Below are positions 56,602 through 64,000 of a stretch of 64,000 bases of DNA, piece by piece; position 1 is the first letter of the stretch; every line of letters begins with the position of its first letter. Position numbers and translations under genes: made by a program. Below the pieces are notes generated by a model. That model worked only from the letters and a program-made list of their open reading frames with translations. It had not been told where the DNA came from and searched no databases. The DNA comes from Octopus vulgaris (lineage: Eukaryota): the NCBI GenBank assembly GCA_951406725.2, contig OX597842.1, positions 33,356,001-33,420,000 of the forward strand, given 5' to 3'.

Positions 56602-56631
56602 TTTTGTTTATAGCGGATGGTTTCTGTACGG

Positions 56632-56668
<37 letters not shown>

Positions 56669-56934
56669 TGTGTGCGTGTGTGTGTGTGTGTGTCTGTGAT
56701 CGAGGAGGTGCAGACGGAGGAGGAGGAGATGAAGAAGGAAACTGATGAAGAAAACGATGTTGAAAATGATGATGATGATGATGGTGATGATGATGGTGAT
56801 GTTGATGATGATGATGGTGATGATGGTGGTGTTGGTGATGATGATGGTGATGTTGATGATGATGATGGTGGTGGTGTTGGTGATGATGATGGTGATGATG
56901 GTGATGTTGATGATGATGATGTTGATGATGATGG

Positions 56935-56966
<32 letters not shown>

Positions 56967-56992
56967 TTTGTCGTGATGATGTCGGTCAGGGC

Positions 56993-57027
<35 letters not shown>

Positions 57028-57138
57028 GAAGAAGAAGAAGAAGAAGAAGAATGTGGTGGTGGAGGTAGCGTTGAAGACGCTTACGATGATGATAATGATG
57101 ATGATGATGAAGGTGGTGGTAGCAGTGATATTTGTCCG

Positions 57139-57190
<52 letters not shown>

Positions 57191-57669
57191 GTACACGAGA
57201 TAGTATTGTCGACGGTTACGACGGTGATGACGGTGGTGGTGGTGGTGGCAGCCGTGGCGAAGATATTCTTCATTTTGTTATTGCTGTAGTCATTGTAGGT
57301 GGGTGGGCGGGGTGGGGGCCGTGCTGTTGATGCTTGTTGCGGTGGCGGCAATGGCCGCTGTTGGTGATAAAAGCGGTGGCGGCCATTTTTCTCTGTCGTC
57401 AAATAAAACCCGCCATAATATCCAGCATCGCTGAATATATAATGTCCTCCATTGCTGTTGTTATTATTGCTGTAATTGTCGTTATTGTTGTTATTGGTGT
57501 TGCTGTGGTTGTTTAGCCCCAGGCCACTGCCAACTGGACAAATTTATTGTATTCTTCTTCTCACACTTTTCCTCATTCTCCTCATCTTTCTCGAAATTTC
57601 CCCATTAAACCTTCAATAAAACCTCTTTCTTCCTTCTTTCCTTCTTTCTTCCTTTCCTTCCTTCCTCGT

Positions 57670-57707
<38 letters not shown>

Positions 57708-58196
57708 TTTCTTCCTTTCTTCCTTCCTTCCTTCCTTCCTTTCTTTCTTTCTTTCTTTCTTTCTTTCAGCTCGGGTGTCGTAGTTGAAGTCATTCTAGCT
57801 GCTATTGCCTTTCAGCCAGAAGCTGTAACCTCACTGAGCAGATACACGCGTTCCATCCGTGACAATCTCTTATCTTTTCTTGGTTTCAATCATTAGACTG
57901 CAGCCATTCAGGGGTGGGCGCCACCTTGAAGAATATTTAGTCGAATGAATCAAACCTCAGTGATTATTCATTTGTTAGGGTTCGTACTCATTCTACCGCT
58001 CTTTTTTTTACCGAACCGCTAGTCTGCGGGGACGTAAACACACCAACACCAGTCGTCAAGCGGAGTGACAAACACTAACACACACACGCACACACATAGA
58101 TATGTATATATGGCGCTTTCAAGAAGTTTTCTCTACCACGCCATATCGCAGCCTAGCGGCAAATACTCTTTGTGGCTTTCATTAAGTATATGCCGT

Positions 58197-58240
<44 letters not shown>

Positions 58241-58374
58241 TGTTTGGACCACAGAACTCTACAAGTGTTTTTGATTATCTCTCTCTCTCTCTCTCTCTCT
58301 GTTTATTTTCTTAGTGTTTTTTGTTGTAGAACGTAGCCTTGAAACGTAAAACAATTTTACATTCTTCCCGAGCT

Positions 58375-58975
58375 TTGGCTGCTATTTCTAACAGGTCTAG
58401 TTAGCATGTAGAAGTCTCCTTCATTGACTCAAACATACATATAAACAGAGATAAGAGTGTAGGGAGTGATTTGAGAGAGATTTGGCTGCTATTTCTACCA
58501 GGTCTAGCTACCATGTAGAGGTCTCCCTCATTGGCTCATACATACATGTATACTAAGAGAGTAGGGAATGATTTGAGGGAGATTTGACTGCTCTTTCTAC
58601 CAGGTCTAGCTACCATGTAGAGGTCTCTCTCATTGGCTCATACACAGGTCGTTATTTGAGGGAGATTTGGTTGCTATTTCTACCAGGTCTAGCTACCATG
58701 TAGAGGTCACCCTCATTGGCTCATACATAGGGTGTGATTTGAGGGAGATTTGGTTGCTATTTCTACCCGGTCTAGCTACCATGTAGAGGTCTCCCTCATT
58801 GGCTCATACATAAGGTTTGATATAGGGAGATTTGGCTGCTATTTCCACCAGGTCTAGCTACCATGTAGAGGTCTCCCTCATTGGCTCATACATACATATA
58901 TACATAGATAAGAGAGTAGGGTATCATTTGAGGGATATTTAGCTGCTATTTCTACCAGATCTTACTACCATGCAG
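58375..58975. repeat. 107-bp repeat family array with internally deleted (about 80-bp) units
   Basis: Same core TTTGGCTGCTATTTCTACCAGGTCTAGCTACCATGTAGAGGTCTCCCTCATTGGCTCATAC, about 6 copies. Confidence 0.9.
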
Positions 58976-59486
58976 CGGATCTGTCTCTAACTGACGCATA
59001 AGTACATAAATACATACGGTGTGATTTGAGGGCGATTTTACTATTATATCTAACAGAAGGCGGGACAACCCCCGGTGAGCTCTCCTCTCGCTTTCTCTCT
59101 CCACCTCTCTCTCTCTCCCTCGCTCTCCTTGACAGTAATGTTTATGGCGGTTTTTTGTGTTTTTTTTGTTTTTGTTTTCAGAGCTAATGGCGATGTTATC
59201 AGCGTTGCCGACGAGAAAAACTGAGAAATGAACAACTATTAATATGTTCCGTGATGGGAATGTTCTCACATTTCGTTTAGTTGAATAACAAAGAAGAAGA
59301 AGAAGAAGTATAAGAAGAAGGGGGTAAGGGTTGGGCTGGCGGGGGTGAGTCGGATAGCGGAGGTGGGTGGGCGGGAACAAAAAATATAAAATAAAATGAA
59401 ATAAATTATACAAAAAAGAAAATGGCCGACATTATTCTCGCTATAAAACGCGCCGCTTCCGTGATACTAAGTACAACAACAACAAT

Positions 59487-59539
<53 letters not shown>

Positions 59540-59544
59540 TGATG

Positions 59545-59577
<33 letters not shown>

Positions 59578-59913
59578 GTAATAATGATAATATGAATAAT
59601 AATGAGAATGGTAATGATGGTAATAATAATAAATATAATAATAATAATTATATCTAAGATTGGCCATCAATTTTGTTTTTGTTTTTTTGTGACGAGGGGG
59701 GAAGGAAAGAGAGAGAGAGAGAAAGGAAAGAAGCGGGGAGGGGGGAGAGATCGTGGAAGTTACTGGAATCGATCCCACCACCAACACCAACGCCAGTGTT
59801 ATAACTTCCCATGCCCTCCACCCCCCACACACCACAGATTTCCACTCCGCCCGCCTACAACTTGATTGGTTTTCATTTCACTATTTTTATCGATACCGGA
59901 AGGATAAAAGAGC

Positions 59914-59944
<31 letters not shown>

Positions 59945-59974
59945 GTGCTAATAATAATTATAGTAATAATAACG

Positions 59975-60028
<54 letters not shown>

Positions 60029-60306
60029 TCATAAAAAAATAACGAAAATTATCCCCCATCAAGATTTGAACACGGAACGTAAGTGAGCGTCACTAAATAT
60101 CACAATTGAACTTGTTTTAAATCCGCCTCCTCCTCGTTTCCTCATCTTCCGCCTTGTCATGCCCCTTCCACTGCGGCTGTCGCTCCCGCCGGCCGCCGCA
60201 CCACCACCACCACTGTTACGAGTGCTCCTACTGTCCACTGGTCGTTCACTAATTACCATAATAATACTCATGATGATGATGATGATGAGGAGGAGGAGGA
60301 GGATAA

Positions 60307-60340
<34 letters not shown>

Positions 60341-60556
60341 GGTGGTGGTGGTGGTGGTGGTTGTATTTATGATGTTTGAGATGATGATGATGATGATGAT
60401 GTATATGATAACAGAGACACAAAGCCTGTAGTTCCGAACCGGAAGTGAAACGGTTAATCGATATCATGACCTCACCGCAGTATAACACTGGTACATCCTT
60501 TCATCGACTCCATTGGGTTATAAAATCAAGACGTAAAGAGCTACACTATCACCATC

Positions 60557-60612
<56 letters not shown>

Positions 60613-60613
<1 letters not shown>

Positions 60614-60775
60614 GCTGTGTGGTAAGTAGCTTGCTAACCAACCTCATGGTTCCGGGTTCAGTCCTACTGCGTGGCATCTTGGACAAGTGTCTTCTACTAT
60701 AGCCCCGGGCCGACCAATGCCTTGTGAGTGGATTTGGTAGACGGAAACTGAAAGAAGCCTGTCGTATATATGTAC

Positions 60776-60811
<36 letters not shown>

Positions 60812-61037
60812 GTATGTGTTTGTGTGTCTGTGTTTGTCCCCCTAGCATTGCTTGACAACCGATGCTGGTGTGTTTATGTCCCCGTCAATTAGCGGTTCGG
60901 CAAAAGATACCGATAGGATAAGTACTGGGCTTACAAAGAATAAGTCCCGGGGTCGATATGCTCGACTAAAGGCGGTGCTCCAGCATGGCCACAGTCAAAA
61001 TGACTGAAACAAGTAAACGAGTCAAGAGTAAAAGAGA
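60613..61037 (+). mobile_element. Dominant SINE, near full-length. Further partial or old copies at about 663-980, 2305-2530, 20030-20398, 26395-26490, 42968-43345, 46970-47165, 57880-58080, 61635-61755
   Basis: Same head, internal microsatellite and (TAAAAGAG)-like tail. Confidence 0.88.
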
Positions 61038-61778
61038 ATACTTTTAGTATTTTCATCATCATCATCATCATCATCATCCTCATGGTTTATTAACCCCTGC
61101 CCCACTTACAGCAATAACCCCGTATGAAAAAAATCATTCCCGTTTGCATCAAATGGGACACTAAAAAAAGTGAAGTGATGCAGTAACATTGCAGCTTTGA
61201 CATCTGCATCGATTTTTGTGCAACAGTTAGACGCACCGCCAGGTTTACACATGCTAGTCATTAGCGGCACCACCTTCTGTGTAATGGAGGGAAATTAGGG
61301 GTGGAAGGTGTAGGTAGGTGTCTTAGAAGAGGGCTGGTTGTGTTTAAAAAGGGAAAGGTGTTTATGTGACAGGCACACACCCCCACACTGTCACCAGCCA
61401 CCGCTGCAGCTCCCTCGTCACCTCTTTGATAGCTTTTATTCTGTATATTTAGTAGGTTATAGATGGTGTTTGTTTCGATGTAAAATGGTTTCATCGTTTC
61501 GTAGCGCTGTTCTCTGATGCTGATGCTGCTGATTGTGGTGATGTTGAATTTAAGTATGTTCACTTAGGAGCTAAGAGAATGTATATTTATGTGTGTGTGT
61601 GTAAACTTGTATATATATACACACATATACATACTCTCTTTCACCCTTTTACTTGTTTCAGTCATTTGACTGCGGCCATGCTGGAGCACCGCCTTTAGTC
61701 GAGCAAATCGATCCCAAGACTTATTCTTTGTAAGCCTAGCACTTACTCTATCGGTGTCTTTATATATATCGGTTTCTT

Positions 61779-61812
<34 letters not shown>

Positions 61813-62015
61813 CCAAAGTTTACCAAAGTTTGCCGAAACTATGCATAGTCCAGAGATGAAAGGGGTAAACGTTTTTATTTCTCTTTCAATTTCAGAATTA
61901 TAACTATTAGTGGTTTGAGTTTGGCTGCTCTTTCTAGTGAGTCGAATGTCCTATTATGGCCATTCCTTATATTTTTGAATATATATATATATATAAATAA
62001 TAAATATATATATAT

Positions 62016-62063
<48 letters not shown>

Positions 62064-62524
62064 CATTATAGAGGCGGGTTGAGTGGATAGATGGAAAAGC
62101 AGATAGGAAGATACAAAGATGAGTGGATAAGATAAAAAGGAAGAGCGATAGGAAGGGAGAGAAATGGAGGGGAGAGGAAATGTCTGATTGCTAAAGTTTG
62201 TCCGTCTTACACAATCTTCAGTCAGAGAGGCAGGGATTTCCTTCCGATAACATGGCGATCTGGAGAGAGAATTAATTCTTAACATACGATGCACAAACTA
62301 CGTCTGTAGATACAGTGTCAGACATATGTATGTGGTATGTGTGTGTATGTAGCTGGGGGGAGTATACTCACATGTATGTGTGTACATGCATGTGCGTATG
62401 TATATTTTCATGCACGTGTGTATGCACCCGCAGTGAGAATCAAATACGCACACACAAAGGCATATACAGTGTGTGTGTGTGTAGAAAGTGAGAGACAGAG
62501 AGAGAGAGAGAGCTAAATAGATGA

Positions 62525-62601
<77 letters not shown>

Positions 62602-62654
62602 GACAGAGAGAGAGAGATATAGAGATAGATAGATAGATAAAGAGATAGAGATAG

Positions 62655-62723
<69 letters not shown>

Positions 62724-62854
62724 CAATGATATGTCCAAAAACTGGCACTCAGTAGGTTAAGGCGAGGGTTCCACTTGATCTGATCAACGGAAAAGCCTGG
62801 TCATGAAATTATCGTGCAAGAGGCTGACTTATGGACAACCCTGTATGTATATAT

Positions 62855-62898
<44 letters not shown>

Positions 62899-62924
62899 AT
62901 ATATATATATATATATATATATAA

Positions 62925-63012
62925 TCTGCAACTCAGAGTCTCCCGTTCCGCTCGTCGAACAGTTTAGATTAAACTGTCCCACGAACGGGAACGTGAAACT
63001 CTGAGTACCAGA
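62925..63012. mobile_element. Decayed fold-back element related to 25642-25798, hammerhead-like
   Basis: Right arm AAACTGT-CCCACGA-ACG GGAA CGT-GAAAC TCTGA GTA-CCAG aligns with the 25.7 kb motif. The left arm is its degenerate reverse complement. It follows (TA)n. Confidence 0.6.
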
Positions 63013-63098
63013 ATTTTTGTGATGTTATTACAGCCTTAATGATAATAAAATGCATGTATGTATATATATATATCTCTCTCTCTCTCTCCCTAAATACA

Positions 63099-63132
<34 letters not shown>

Positions 63133-63211
63133 CATACATACTTATATATATACATACATACTTATATATATACATACATACATACATACATACATACATA
63201 CATACATACAT

Positions 63212-63258
<47 letters not shown>

Positions 63259-63758
63259 GATGATAACGGCGAGCAAGGTATGTAGATACATATATAAATA
63301 GACAGGCAATAGACGAACAGAGACATCCAACTTACATAAACACAAACAGGTATACATATATACATACCCATATAAATTCAAGCATACATACACACTCACG
63401 CACATACATATATGGAGGCTTCATATTATTAAAAATATATTAAAGAGTTATAAATTTTAATATAAGCCTAACAGATATATGTTCCAAAATCCTCATAATT
63501 TCTGTGTGTATATAATATAAAAGGTTCTACTTCATAAAACGTGCTAGCATCAGATAGAGATTGTATATACAATTTTGCTGAATAAAAAAATCTATATTTT
63601 ATACACATACAATGTAGACAGTTTATTATTTGTACATTATGAGCGACGCATTGATTTTTAAAGTCAGTTTATGAGTATCATGTGCTAATTACTTTGGTTT
63701 TTCGCCCTTTTGTGTCTCATATACACGCGCTATTGTTTCAGACACAGAGCAGGTATAT

Positions 63759-63817
<59 letters not shown>

Positions 63818-64000
63818 GCTGTGACTGCATGTAAATACATGTGTGTGTACACTTTCATGCGTATAAACCTAGGCATATCTACATATGTACTTATATATAT
63901 ATGTATATATATATATGTGTATATGTGTATACGTATATATATATATGTGTGTGTATGTATATGTATATATATGTGTGTGAGTAGGTATATATGCATATAT

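Noticed and set aside
62206-62260. Minus-strand GCCATG plus GTAAGA donor as an upstream Pax6 exon
   Set aside because: The ATG frame (MLSEGNPCLSD*) stops before the donor. It could only be a UTR exon or uORF, and nothing else supports that.

Overview
AT-rich, microsatellite-saturated animal DNA, most likely from an octopus or other coleoid cephalopod (inferred from the Pax6 linker sequence and the SINE families). The only host gene I can support is Pax6 on the minus strand: a 347-nt paired-domain exon (26858-26512), a 217-nt linker exon (22170-21954) that the ORF track misses, and a candidate 34-nt ATG exon (37630-37597) that splices in frame. I found no homeodomain exon, so the next intron is probably >21.9 kb. 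Nearly all other ORFs are microsatellite translations. The rest of the window is tRNA-derived SINEs of several modular types, a Dong/R4-clade LINE remnant inside (TAA)n, a mariner remnant, a TIR MITE and several 100-150 bp tandem repeats. The most striking hidden signal is about ten short elements, mostly embedded in (TA)n, carrying minimal type-I hammerhead-ribozyme motifs of the Penelope-like-element kind. Some have recurrent non-canonical cores, and some are near-perfect fold-back palindromes clustered in the intron after the paired-domain exon. Coordinates were read by eye: splice sites and ribozyme cores should be exact, repeat boundaries are approximate.
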